From positions 1-64,000 of the forward strand of contig DAHWNL010000030.1 of NCBI GenBank assembly GCA_027339965.1: a stretch of DNA of 64,000 nucleotides. Reading direction: 5' to 3'. Below the pieces are notes generated by a model, which was not told the origin of the DNA, did no database searches, and saw only the letters and a program-made list of their open reading frames with translations. Position numbers and translations under genes: made by a program. This DNA comes from Granulicella sp. (GTDB lineage Bacteria; Acidobacteriota; Terriglobia; Terriglobales; Acidobacteriaceae). This document shows positions 54,573-64,000 of this stretch, one piece after another; position 1 is the first letter of the stretch, and every line of letters begins with the position of its first letter.

Positions 54573-57500
54573 TCATGCCTGCGGTTTGGGAGTGAACAGG
54601 ATAAAGTTCTCCGCGCAGGCCCCCCAGTTCCGGAGCAGCCTCTCTCCCAGCTTGCTGGCCGAGAAACGCGCATGCTGTTCGAGCAGCTCGCGTAGCGCCA
54701 GTTGCTCTTCCGCTGCGGCCCCCGCAAAGGGCTGAGCCTCCAAAAACTCGGTATGGTACTGCGTTTCGGCAATCATCGTCCGCCGAGCATCATAGACCCA
54801 AGCCAGTCCACCAGTCATCCCAGCGCCGAAGTTGATGCCCACGCCGCCCAGGATCACCACCATGCCGCCGGTCATGTACTCGCAGGCGTGATCTCCTACG
54901 CCCTCCACCACCGCGCTTGCCCCTGAGTTCCGCACGCCGAACCGCTCACCCGCCCTTCCTGCGGCAAAAAGGCGTCCGGAGGTCGCGCCGTACAGGGCCA
55001 CGTTCCCCAGCAGCACATGATCTCCGCTGTGCTCGGCGGCGCTGCCCACGGCGCGCAGAATCAGGTCGGCTCCGGAGAGCCCCTTGCCCACAAAGTCGTT
55101 GGCTTGTCCGGTCAGAATCAACTTCATCCCCTGACCGGCAAACGCGCCGAAGGACTGCCCCGCAATTCCTTCCAGGTCGAAGGTGACGTCCACATCCTCC
55201 AGTTCCCCTTTGGCCCGCCGCAAGGAGATCTCTCCGGCCAGCCTGGCACCCACCGACCGGTGCTCATTGCAGATGCTGCTGCGCACAGAAAACGGCTCAC
55301 CCCGCGCCGCGGAGGCCAGAGCAGCCTCCGTCCATGGGTCGTCCAGAGGATGATCTTCGCCCGGGCGCTCATTGCGTGCGCCCATCCACCGGGTGGGCCC
55401 GTGGCCCTGGTCAGAGAGCATGGGCGTCAGATCGAGATTGCCGTCAAATCGTACCTGCTCCAGCAGGTCAACGCGCCCGATGGCAGCCTCCAGGCTGGAT
55501 AGCCCGTAACGGGCCAACAGGTGGCGCAACGACTCCGCAAGCTGGCGGAAGTACGTAACGATATGCTCCGGCTTTCCGCGGAACCTGGCGCGCAGCTCCG
55601 GCCGCTGGGTGGCAATCCCGGTAGGGCAGGTATTGAGATGGCACTGCCTGGCCATATCGCAGCCCATGGCCACCAGCACCGCTGTGCCGAAGGCGTATTC
55701 ATCGGCGCCCAGCAACGCGGCCACCAGCACATCCCGAGCCGTGGCGATGCCGCCATCCGTGCGCAGCCGAACCCGCTCTCGCATGCCCGTGCTGCGCAAC
55801 TGTTGCTGTGCTTCAGAGAGGCCCAGCTCCCACGGATTGCCCGCGTACTTGATGCTGGAAAGCGCCGCCGCTCCGGTGCCGCCCGTGTTTCCGGCAATCA
55901 CAATGTAGTCCGCATAAGCCTTGGCGACTCCGGCAGCCACCGTTCCCACGCCCAGGCCGGAGACCAGCTTGACTCCGATTCCAGCCCGGGGATTCACCCG
56001 CTTCAGGTCGTAGATCAACTGGGCGAGATCTTCAATGGAGTAAATATCGTGGTGCGGTGGAGGGGAGATCAGCGCGACGCCGGGCTGCGCATGACGCAGA
56101 CGCGCAATCAGCCCGGAGACCTTGTGCCCGGGCAGTTGCCCGCCCTCGCCGGGCTTGGCTCCCTGGGCCACCTTGATCTCAATCTCCTCGGCGTGCGCCA
56201 GGTACTCGGCCGTCACGCCGAAGCGACCGGAGGCAATCTGTTTCACTTTGTTGTTGAGCGAGCTATGCACCACGGGGGCAGATATCGGCTCGGCCAACGC
56301 TGCCACCCCTCCCTGACCGCTCAAGCGAGCCGCCAGTTGGCTCCCGCCCGTGTCAAGCGCCGGATGCGGCACCGCAACGCGATAAACATCCGGATCCTCA
56401 CCCCCCTCGCCGGTATTGGAGCGCGCTCCCAGCGAGTTCATCGCCCGGGTAATCGTCTGGTGGGCCTCGGGACTGATCGAGCCCAGGGACATGGCACTGG
56501 CGACAAAGCGCCGGCAGAGGCTATCGCCAGCCTCCACCTCTTCGATCGGAAGTTCGGGTCCCGCCGGCCGCACCTCCAGCAGATCGCGCAAGGATCCGGC
56601 GTCGCCGGCGTCCATGCTGCGGTTGAAGACAGCAAAGGCCGCCGGAGCATCCGTGGCGGCAGAAACACCGCGGGCGCTGCCGACCACTGTCTGCAAAGCC
56701 TTCACCGTCGGTGGTTGCCAACGGTGCGACTCAGCGGCCTCATCCTTGCGGAACCGCACCCATCCATAATCAGGAAGATCCTCAGCCTCCGCGGCGCCGC
56801 TTGACCCTTTTCCTGGCAGATCTGCAGGACTGGATTGCCAGCTCGAACGCAGGCGCCGGTCCAACTCCGCAAATCCGATTCCTGACAGCGGCGCCGGCGT
56901 ATTCGTAAAGCAACGATCGACCACGCTGGAATGCAGGCCAAGAATGTCAAAGAGATGGGCGCCCCGATAACTGTCCACCACGGAGATCCCCATCTTGGAC
57001 ATCACCTTGGCCAGCCCGGCGTCCAGCGCCTTCAGCATCATCTTTTCGCCGTCCACGCCCTCCGGCTGCAGCGCTCGCGCCGTCTTCAGCGCCAGCCACG
57101 GACAGACGGCTCCGGCGCCATAACCAATCAGGACCGCGGTGTGGTGAACGTCTCGACAATCCCCTGCTTCCACGGCTATTCCACACAAAGTGCGCAATCC
57201 GGCAGCCACCAGACCCTGGTGGACCACGCCTGTCGCCATCGCCATGGGAATCGGCAAACGGCTCGCACTGGCGCCGCGGTCGGTCAAAAGCAGCAGCCGG
57301 ACCCCCTCAAGCACCATCTCCACGGCGCGGCCGCAAAGGTCATCAATCGCTTCTGCCAGAGTCTTCTCTGGCGAATAAAGACAGGGCAGCTCTTCCAGAC
57401 GAAGCACCTCGCGGTGCGGATAGATGCCCGCGCGCAGCGCCGCCATCTGCCCCAGGGAGAGAAACGGCGAGCTGAGAGAGATGCCGGGCAACGGTTCATT

Positions 57501-59168
57501 CTTCTCCAGCAGATGAGCCCATGGACCCAGACGCGTCGAGAGCGAGACCACAATGGCCTCGCGCAGCGGATCGATCGCCGGATTCGTGACCTGCGCAAAG
57601 CGCTGGCGGAAGAAGGCGTACAGCGGACGCGGGCTACGGGCCAGGAACGCCAGCGGCGTGTCGTCACCCATGGACCAGACAGGGTCCTTCCCTGCCGCGG
57701 CCATCGGTTGCAGAATCATCTTCACATCTTCCTTGGTGTAGCCAAACCCGCGCTGAAAGGCTTCCAGATCCATCCCCGAAGCGGGCTCCTCAACCGGCAA
57801 CAGCGGCGTACCTTCAATCAGCGAAGCGTAAGTTGCCTTGGCATCAAAGGCATCCAGCATCTCATCGTTGTGGTAGATCCTGTGCTCCTCGGTATCCACG
57901 CCGATCATCTGTCCCGGCCCCAGCCGGCCGCTCTCAATCACCGTAGCCGGATCCAGATCCACCAGACCAATCTCACTGCCCGCCACCACCAGACCACCAC
58001 TGGTAATCGCATAACGGCACGGCCGCAGGCCATTGCGATCCAGAGCGGCGCCTACCACGACTCCGTCGCTGTAGGCTATCGCAGCCGGGCCATCCCAGGG
58101 CTCCGTGCAACCCGCATGGTACTGGAGGAAGGGGCTGGGGCGGCGGACCAGCGCTGGCGGCAACAGCATCCGGACCGCCTCCGAGATCGTCCGCCCATTC
58201 TGGCTGATCAACTCCACCGTCTCATCCAGACTGTTGGAGTCGGTTCCATCTTTGGTCAGCACCGGCTTGCACTCCACCGGCAAGGTGGAGTCCCTGGCGG
58301 CCATCCGGGCACGATTTCCCCATACTGTGTTGATCTCACCGTTGTGGCCCAGCTTGCGGCCGGGCTGCGCTCGATGCCACGCCGGCGTCGTATTGGTGGC
58401 ATATCGCTGATGAAAGATGGCAAAGTGGGTCACAAACTCCGCAGAGGCAAGATCGGGATAAAACTCCGGCAGAAGCCGCCCCAGGCACATCGCCTTGTAG
58501 ACGATCGTCCGGCTGGACAAGGAGCAGACATAGCCGGTGACGTCGCCCAGTTCCACGGCGCGCTCGAACTGCTTGCGGGCCAGGTACAGCCTACGCTCCA
58601 TGGGATCAGCGTCGCGGGCCCCTCCATCGGCCACCAGTACCTGGCGAATCTTCGGCATGGTGCTGAGCGCAATCCTGCCCAGGATCTCCGGCCGGGTAGG
58701 AACCTCTCTCCATGCCAACACCTGCAGTTGCTGCGAGGCAAGACATCTTTCCAGCACGCCATCGGCGCGGCTCTCCTCCTGCGGCCAGAAGACCATCCCT
58801 ACACCCAGCGTCTCCCCGTCCCGCATCTCTACTCCCGTGGAGCGCAGCAGGAGCCGGCGCGGGGGCGCGGTCATCAATCCGATGCCATCGCTGCTCAGGC
58901 CATCCGCCGCCACCGCCCCGCGATGCTCGAGGCGGGAGAGAGCGGTGAGAGCGTGGCGCAGGATCTGATGGTTCGATTCCCCCTGTGCGGATGCAACAAA
59001 TCCCACTCCGCAGGAGTCATGTTCGAAGCGTGGGTCCAAGAGCGAGACGCCAGGCTCGTCGGCCGCCCGGCCGCTTGCAAACCCATCCCGGGAGCCTTCC
59101 CCTCCGGATCTTTGCCGGGCCGCTCCTGCTTGCCCGGCCTGCGTTCTCTGCACTTCCGTGATGCCCAT
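54573..59168 (-). CDS. gltB: Glutamate synthase large subunit
   Basis: HDSCGVGF, HQRYATNT, HNGEINT, MSLGSIS, SNTGEGG, QIASGRFGV, AQGAKPGEGGQLPG, CHLNTCPTG, AGERFGVRNSG. Confidence 0.97.
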   Translation of the reverse strand: MGITEVQRTQAGQAGAARQRSGGEGSRDGFASGRAADEPGVSLLDPRFEHDSCGVGFVASAQGESNHQILRHALTALSRLEHRGAVAADGLSSDGIGLMTAPPRRLLLRSTGVEMRDGETLGVGMVFWPQEESRADGVLERCLASQQLQVLAWREVPTRPEILGRIALSTMPKIRQVLVADGGARDADPMERRLYLARKQFERAVELGDVTGYVCSLSSRTIVYKAMCLGRLLPEFYPDLASAEFVTHFAIFHQRYATNTTPAWHRAQPGRKLGHNGEINTVWGNRARMAARDSTLPVECKPVLTKDGTDSNSLDETVELISQNGRTISEAVRMLLPPALVRRPSPFLQYHAGCTEPWDGPAAIAYSDGVVVGAALDRNGLRPCRYAITSGGLVVAGSEIGLVDLDPATVIESGRLGPGQMIGVDTEEHRIYHNDEMLDAFDAKATYASLIEGTPLLPVEEPASGMDLEAFQRGFGYTKEDVKMILQPMAAAGKDPVWSMGDDTPLAFLARSPRPLYAFFRQRFAQVTNPAIDPLREAIVVSLSTRLGPWAHLLEKNEPLPGISLSSPFLSLGQMAALRAGIYPHREVLRLEELPCLYSPEKTLAEAIDDLCGRAVEMVLEGVRLLLLTDRGASASRLPIPMAMATGVVHQGLVAAGLRTLCGIAVEAGDCRDVHHTAVLIGYGAGAVCPWLALKTARALQPEGVDGEKMMLKALDAGLAKVMSKMGISVVDSYRGAHLFDILGLHSSVVDRCFTNTPAPLSGIGFAELDRRLRSSWQSSPADLPGKGSSGAAEAEDLPDYGWVRFRKDEAAESHRWQPPTVKALQTVVGSARGVSAATDAPAAFAVFNRSMDAGDAGSLRDLLEVRPAGPELPIEEVEAGDSLCRRFVASAMSLGSISPEAHQTITRAMNSLGARSNTGEGGEDPDVYRVAVPHPALDTGGSQLAARLSGQGGVAALAEPISAPVVHSSLNNKVKQIASGRFGVTAEYLAHAEEIEIKVAQGAKPGEGGQLPGHKVSGLIARLRHAQPGVALISPPPHHDIYSIEDLAQLIYDLKRVNPRAGIGVKLVSGLGVGTVAAGVAKAYADYIVIAGNTGGTGAAALSSIKYAGNPWELGLSEAQQQLRSTGMRERVRLRTDGGIATARDVLVAALLGADEYAFGTAVLVAMGCDMARQCHLNTCPTGIATQRPELRARFRGKPEHIVTYFRQLAESLRHLLARYGLSSLEAAIGRVDLLEQVRFDGNLDLTPMLSDQGHGPTRWMGARNERPGEDHPLDDPWTEAALASAARGEPFSVRSSICNEHRSVGARLAGEISLRRAKGELEDVDVTFDLEGIAGQSFGAFAGQGMKLILTGQANDFVGKGLSGADLILRAVGSAAEHSGDHVLLGNVALYGATSGRLFAAGRAGERFGVRNSGASAVVEGVGDHACEYMTGGMVVILGGVGINFGAGMTGGLAWVYDARRTMIAETQYHTEFLEAQPFAGAAAEEQLALRELLEQHARFSASKLGERLLRNWGACAENFILFTPKPQA

Positions 59169-59397
59169 AGTTCAATATACTTCCGTTTCTGCACCGGCGT
59201 TTTTAGTCGTCTAACTTCGTTCGGCACTTCTCTCCGGATGGAGCCTGATCCACCCGCTTCCGATCCGGGATAGAGGAATTGCAAGAAAGCTACAATCCCA
59301 AATTGAGCCACGGATTAAGCCACGGAAAGAATCGATCCATCCGATGGATCTCAGGCTCCCTTCTGGCCGCCCCTCTCCGGCGAATCTTTTACTCGGC

Positions 59398-59449
59398 TTG
59401 ACAGCAAGTTCATGTATATTTATACATGGTTTATGTATTTTTATACTAA
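59398..59449 (+). promoter_or_regulatory. arg operon promoter with two tandem ARG boxes
   Basis: TTGACA at 59398; 18-bp palindromic CATGTATATTTATACATG (59411-59428) and TATGTATTTTTATACTAA (59432-59449), 3 bp apart, upstream of argR. Confidence 0.85.
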
Positions 59450-59450
59450 C

Positions 59451-59479
59451 AGCGTGACGCGCCAGGCGTCACGTTTTTT
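59451..59479 (+). terminator. Terminator-like hairpin in the argR leader
   Basis: AGCGTGACGC-GCCAG-GCGTCACGTT followed by TTTT. Confidence 0.5.
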
Positions 59480-59516
59480 CGTGTTTGCAGAACCGCTCTT
59501 GGCTCGTTGGTAGGGT

Positions 59517-59951
59517 ATGAAAACGCAGCGACATCAGGCAATTCGCGAGCTACTGGCGACTTCCACGGTCACCAATCAGGATGATCTGCGGCGCAAGCTG
59601 GCGGGATGCGGCATTCATGTGACCCAGGCAACGCTCTCTCGCGACATCCGTCAGTTGAAGCTTTTGAAGGGACCCACCGGGTATGCCCTGCCGGTTACCG
59701 ACGGAGAAGATGAGCTTCCCGACATTGTCGACGTTTTGAAGGACTTCGGCCTGGAGGTCCGCCAGGCTCAGAATCTGCTCATCCTGCTGACCACCTTGGG
59801 CGGGGCCCAGCCGGTGGCAGCCAGCATCGATGCTCAGGATTGGAGTGATGTGGTAGGCACGCTTGCGGGAGATAACACGATTTTGATCATCTGCCCTGAC
59901 AATCAAAAGGCGGAAGCGCTCCGCCACCGAATCGAGGCCTACATTGCCTGA
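59517..59951 (+). CDS. argR: Arginine repressor
   Basis: VTQATLSRDI, VVGTLAGDNTI. Confidence 0.95.
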   Translation: MKTQRHQAIRELLATSTVTNQDDLRRKLAGCGIHVTQATLSRDIRQLKLLKGPTGYALPVTDGEDELPDIVDVLKDFGLEVRQAQNLLILLTTLGGAQPVAASIDAQDWSDVVGTLAGDNTILIICPDNQKAEALRHRIEAYIA

Positions 59952-61032
59952 CTCAGCCGTCAGCCCGGTCCACGCCAGCCTGCGCGTTGCGGTAGCAGGC
60001 GTCAGCGGCTATGCGGGCGGAGAGCTGGTGCGTCTGTTGCTGAACCATCCGCGACTGCGCTCCACGCCCCCGCTGCTGCTGGCGAGGCTGGGCGAAGCAG
60101 AGGCCACTCCTACCGCGCTTACCCACCTTCACCCTCAACTTTCAGGTCTGGGTGCGGCGGATCAGATGCAGGTCCTGCCTTTCACCTGGGAGCAGTTGCA
60201 GCGCCAGTCGGTAGACCTGCTCCTGCTGGCGACGCCTCATGAGCAGTCGCGCGCCTGGGCTCCCCACGCGCTGGCGCACGGTATGCGCGTGATCGACCTC
60301 AGCGGAGCCTGGAGACTGCAACAGGAACAACATCGAGCCGTCTACAAACTTGTGGATGCGGACCCATCCCTAGCTGCGGCGCTGCAGAGCGAAGCCATCT
60401 ATGGGTCTCCCGAGCTGCATGCTGACGCCATCCGCAAAGCCCGGCTGGTGGCCAATCCCGGCTGCTATGCCACCTCAATCGTGCTTGCGCTGGAGCCGCT
60501 GGTGCGCGCCGAAGTGCTGGATCTGGACCACGGAGTTGTCTGCGACGCCAAGTCTGGAGTCAGCGGAGCCGGCAAGGCGTTGACGCCCAATAATCTCTTC
60601 ATGCACGCCGCCGACAATTTCTCTGCCTATGCTGTCTTTGGACATCGCCACACCGGCGAGCTTCTGGAGCAGCTCGGGCTCAGCGCAGACCAGTTTCAGT
60701 TCACACCACACCTTCTGCCGATTCCGCGCGGCATCCTTTCCACCATCTACATCCGTTTGCGGCAGCGCTCTGAACCGGCAGCCATTCAGGCTATCTTTGA
60801 CCGCTTCTACGCGAAGGCTCCGCTGGTCCGGGTGAGACGATCGCCTCAGCTTCCGCAGATTCAGTACGTGGTGCGGAGCAACTACTGCGATGTGGGATTT
60901 CATATCGGACCCGACGGGCGCAGGATGGTGCTCGTGAGCTGTCTTGACAATCTTCTGAAAGGCGCAGCATCCCAAGCTGTCGAAAATCTGAATCTGATGG
61001 CGGGGTGGGATCAAGCGGAGGGCTTACGATGA
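59944..61032 (+). CDS. argC: N-acetyl-gamma-glutamyl-phosphate reductase
   Basis: GVSGYAG, DLSGAWR, ANPGCYAT, SGVSGAG, DNLLKGAASQA. Confidence 0.96.
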   Translation: MPDSAVSPVHASLRVAVAGVSGYAGGELVRLLLNHPRLRSTPPLLLARLGEAEATPTALTHLHPQLSGLGAADQMQVLPFTWEQLQRQSVDLLLLATPHEQSRAWAPHALAHGMRVIDLSGAWRLQQEQHRAVYKLVDADPSLAAALQSEAIYGSPELHADAIRKARLVANPGCYATSIVLALEPLVRAEVLDLDHGVVCDAKSGVSGAGKALTPNNLFMHAADNFSAYAVFGHRHTGELLEQLGLSADQFQFTPHLLPIPRGILSTIYIRLRQRSEPAAIQAIFDRFYAKAPLVRVRRSPQLPQIQYVVRSNYCDVGFHIGPDGRRMVLVSCLDNLLKGAASQAVENLNLMAGWDQAEGLR

Positions 61033-61048
61033 AGGCGGTGAGCCGGCT

Positions 61049-61831
61049 ATGAAATTTGTCGTCAAGCTGGGAGGAGCGGCGCTGGAGAACCCGGAACTGC
61101 TGCAGCGCTGCTCGCGCGCCCTTGCGGAACTGGCCAAGGATGGGCATAGGGTCGCTCTGGTCCATGGTGGGGGCGTGCAACTGACACGGCTTCTTGCCCA
61201 GATGGGCAAGAAAAGCGAGTTCGTCGCCGGTCTGCGAGTGACCGATGCGGAGACCCGTGATGCTGCGCTGATGGTGCTTGGCGGCAGGGTCAACAAATCC
61301 CTGGTGGCGTCGCTGGGTCAGTGCGGGCAACCGGCCATGGGCCTTACCGGCGGAGACGGACACGTCTTCCGAGCGCGCAAGAAGAAGACTACCCCTGACC
61401 TGGGTTACGTAGGGGAGATTGCCGCTACCGACCCCAAATGGCTGGATGCAATCTGGACCATGGGGGCCATCCCTGTGATCTCTTCCATCGCCCTGGGCTT
61501 CGATGGAGAGTACTACAACATCAACGCCGATGAGATGGCATCCGCCTGCGCCATTGCCACCAAGGCCGATGCGCTGGTCTTCCTCACCGACGTGCCCGGA
61601 GTCAAAGGGGCAGACGGGAACGTGATGCGCTGGCTTTCCCTGCAACAGATTCCTGCCTTAGCGGCGCAGGCCGTCGTCTCCGGGGGAATGCTTCCCAAGC
61701 TCAACGCCTGCAAGGAGGCGCTGCTGCACGGCGTCAAGCGCGTCCGCATCCTACCCGCAGAGTCGGCGGCCGTTTTGCCTGACCTGCTGAATTCAAGAGT
61801 CAACGATGGCACGGAGGTAATGGTTGCATGA
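61049..61831 (+). CDS. argB: Acetylglutamate kinase
   Basis: VVKLGG, VHGGG, GLRVTD, NINAD, LTDVPGV, GGMLPK. Confidence 0.96.
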   Translation: MKFVVKLGGAALENPELLQRCSRALAELAKDGHRVALVHGGGVQLTRLLAQMGKKSEFVAGLRVTDAETRDAALMVLGGRVNKSLVASLGQCGQPAMGLTGGDGHVFRARKKKTTPDLGYVGEIAATDPKWLDAIWTMGAIPVISSIALGFDGEYYNINADEMASACAIATKADALVFLTDVPGVKGADGNVMRWLSLQQIPALAAQAVVSGGMLPKLNACKEALLHGVKRVRILPAESAAVLPDLLNSRVNDGTEVMVA

Positions 61832-63117
61832 ACCCTGAGATCGAATCCAGTAAGCCGGGTAGCCTGAAGGAGATTCAGGCTGCTGAGGCAAAACTCCTGA
61901 TACAGACTTATGAGCGCAATCCGCTGCTGTTGGTCTCCGGTCAGGGAGTGCATCTGCGTGACGAGCAGGGCAACGAGTACCTGGATCTGCTCAGCGGCAT
62001 CGGCGTCTGCGCACTTGGCTACCAGCATCCGGTCCTCACAAGCGCCCTGCAGCAACAAAGCCAGGGCCTTTTGCACACCTCCAACCTCTTCTACCATCGC
62101 GGCACAAGCGAGTTGGCGCTTCGCCTGACCGAAATCACCGGACTGGATCGGGTTTTTTTCTGTAACACCGGCACGGAGGCCTGGGAAGCGGCGCTCAAGC
62201 TCGCCCGCGCACATGCCCGGCGGCTGCGCAGTCAGGGCAGGAAGATCGGAACCGGTATCCTGGCCATGGAGGACAGCTTCCACGGCCGCACCATTGGTTC
62301 GCTGGCCACCACTCACAAGCTCAAGTACCGCGAGCCCTTTGAACCGGTCATGCCCGGCGTCTCGTTTGTCCCCTTCAATAACGTTGCGGCGCTCCGTGCC
62401 GCCTTCTCCAGCGAAATCTGCGCCATCGCCATCGAGGTCATCCAGGGCGAAGGCGGCATCCATCCCGTCTCCCGGCAGTTTCTCGCCGCTGCTCGCGAGC
62501 TATGCGACTCCACTGGTGCCCTGCTGCTGCTGGATGAGATTCAGAGCGGGATGGGAAGGACCGGCCGCTGGTGCGCTTACCAGCACTACGGCGTACAGCC
62601 GGATGTGACCACGCTGGCCAAGCCATTGGCCGGCGGCGTTCCCATCGGCGCCATGCTTTGCACCGAGGAGGCTTCGCTCGCCTTCACCCCTGGCATGCAT
62701 GGCACCACGTTCGGAGGCAATCCCCTGGCGTGCTCCCTGGCCATCGCCGTCATCGATGAGATCAAACGATCCCGGCTGCTGGATCACGTGGCGTCTCTGG
62801 GAGAGTACTTTCTCGGCCGCCTACGCGGCCTGCAAACCAGCTTCTCCTGTATCCGCGCGGTGCGGGGTATGGGCTTGATGATCGGCGTCGAACTGGAGTC
62901 CGAAAGTCTGGCGCGGCAGATCCTTCAGGGCATGATGGAGCGCCGCATCATCCTCAATCGCACTCATGAGACCGTACTGCGCTTCCTTCCCCCCTATATT
63001 CTCTCGCGCCAGGACGTGGACCATGTCCTCGACGCGCTCAGCGAACTGCTGGCGACGCACGGCAACTCTTCCACAGAGAAAACGGCCGTGATGGATGGAG
63101 AGAAGATTCATGGATAG
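61828..63117 (+). CDS. argD: Acetylornithine aminotransferase
   Basis: SFHGRT, EVIQGEGG, DEIQSGMGRTG, TLAKPLAGG, HGTTFGGNP. Confidence 0.95.
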   Translation: MNPEIESSKPGSLKEIQAAEAKLLIQTYERNPLLLVSGQGVHLRDEQGNEYLDLLSGIGVCALGYQHPVLTSALQQQSQGLLHTSNLFYHRGTSELALRLTEITGLDRVFFCNTGTEAWEAALKLARAHARRLRSQGRKIGTGILAMEDSFHGRTIGSLATTHKLKYREPFEPVMPGVSFVPFNNVAALRAAFSSEICAIAIEVIQGEGGIHPVSRQFLAAARELCDSTGALLLLDEIQSGMGRTGRWCAYQHYGVQPDVTTLAKPLAGGVPIGAMLCTEEASLAFTPGMHGTTFGGNPLACSLAIAVIDEIKRSRLLDHVASLGEYFLGRLRGLQTSFSCIRAVRGMGLMIGVELESESLARQILQGMMERRIILNRTHETVLRFLPPYILSRQDVDHVLDALSELLATHGNSSTEKTAVMDGEKIHG

Positions 63118-64000
63118 CCCAACCAATGGCACCAAAGGAAATAAGACCATCGTCATGAACACTGCCAGAAATCAACGCTCCTCAGACCAGACGGCATCTC
63201 TATCGCTGGGAATTCAATCCGATACCGCCTTCAACCAGGCTGTTCAGGGCTTGGCGGGGCGCGATCTTTGCTCCATTGCTGATCTCTCGGTCTCCGAAAT
63301 GGCGGCCATTCTCGAACTCTCTCATTCGGTCAAGGCTCATCCTGAGGACTTCCGGCACGCCCTGGACGCCAAACAGATGGTTCTGATCTTCGAGAAGGAC
63401 TCCCTGCGCACCCGTCTCACCTTTGAAGCAGCGATGAATACCGCCGGGGGAAACGCCCTGTTCGTTGACCAGACGAAATCTCCCCTCGGAGAGCGGGAGT
63501 CGATTCCGGATGTAGCCCGCAATCTGGAGCGCTGGATGAACATGATCGTGCTGCGCACCTTCGCCCACGACACCATCACCGAAATGGCTGCCGTGGCCCG
63601 GGTTCCGGTGATCAACGCGCTCTCGGACCTCGAACATCCTTGCCAAGCCATTGCGGACTTCATGACCCTGGAGGAGCGCTTTGGATCCCTGGCGGGGCTG
63701 CACTTCAGCTATGTCGGCGATGGCAACAACGTCTGCCACTCCCTGATGTTGACCGCGGCCCTGCTGGGCGTTCACACCACGATTGCCACTCCCAAGGGCT
63801 TCGAACCCAAACTGGAGATCGTCCATAAGGCGATTGAAATCGCCGAGAAGACCGGCGGCTCTCTCACCCTCACGCATGATCCTGTCAAGGCCGCCTCCGG
63901 TGCAGACGCCGTCTACACTGATGTCTGCACCAGCATGGGGCAGGAGCACGAGGCCGCACGCCGGGCGCCCATCTTCAAGCCCTTCCAGGTGAATGAAGAT
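63110..64000 (+). CDS. argF: Ornithine carbamoyltransferase (3'-partial)
   Basis: Translated by hand from ATG 63110: RDLCSIADL, FEKDSLRTR, INALSDLEHPCQ, YVGDGNNV, YTDV..SMGQE; runs off the window and is absent from the ORF track. Confidence 0.93.
   Translation, partial: MDSPTNGTKGNKTIVMNTARNQRSSDQTASLSLGIQSDTAFNQAVQGLAGRDLCSIADLSVSEMAAILELSHSVKAHPEDFRHALDAKQMVLIFEKDSLRTRLTFEAAMNTAGGNALFVDQTKSPLGERESIPDVARNLERWMNMIVLRTFAHDTITEMAAVARVPVINALSDLEHPCQAIADFMTLEERFGSLAGLHFSYVGDGNNVCHSLMLTAALLGVHTTIATPKGFEPKLEIVHKAIEIAEKTGGSLTLTHDPVKAASGADAVYTDVCTSMGQEHEAARRAPIFKPFQVNED

Noticed and set aside
55521..59273. Long plus-strand ORFs (427 aa and 780 aa) opposite gltB, and similar antisense ORFs over glgE, mutS and ffh
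   Set aside because: Shadow ORFs expected in GC-rich coding DNA; no motifs
59409..59449. AT-rich palindrome as a dif site for the Xer pair
   Set aside because: It fits two 18-bp ARG boxes in front of argR and lacks the TTATGTTAAAT XerD arm
63110..64000. SLRT instead of STRT, suggesting an N-acetyl- or N-succinyl-ornithine transcarbamylase
   Set aside because: HPCQ, DGNNV and SMG motifs fit a canonical ornithine carbamoyltransferase

Overview
GC-rich bacterial chromosomal segment; gene content and repeat style suggest Acidobacteriota (Terriglobia-like), which is my inference. Mostly housekeeping genes: glgE, ccsA-hemA and hemC, mutS-anmK-peptide SBP, tandem xerD-xerC, metB/metC-like pair, ffh, gltB and the argR-argCBDF operon with tandem ARG boxes. 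Interspersed are: (i) a compact regulatory cassette of an OmpR-type response regulator, a stand-alone His-phosphoacceptor (DHp-only) protein, a sigma54 activator with no DNA-binding HTH, a -24/-12 promoter in front of fliA, and a PilZ gene, with no kinase or flagellar structural gene in the window; (ii) a C30 (staphyloxanthin-type) carotenoid cluster crtN-DUF2141-crtP-crtQ-crtO lacking both the synthase and the aldehyde dehydrogenase; (iii) a fluoride riboswitch ahead of crcB and two DUF190 genes; (iv) a decayed ISKra4-type IS with TIRs and a 9-bp target duplication; (v) three copies of a ~118-bp MITE; (vi) a GH13 glucosidase pseudogene; (vii) switch-like leaders before the met and arg operons; (viii) about ten unrelated 11-15 bp intergenic tandem duplications. 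No rRNA, tRNA or CRISPR array was seen. All family calls come from motif recognition, not database searches.
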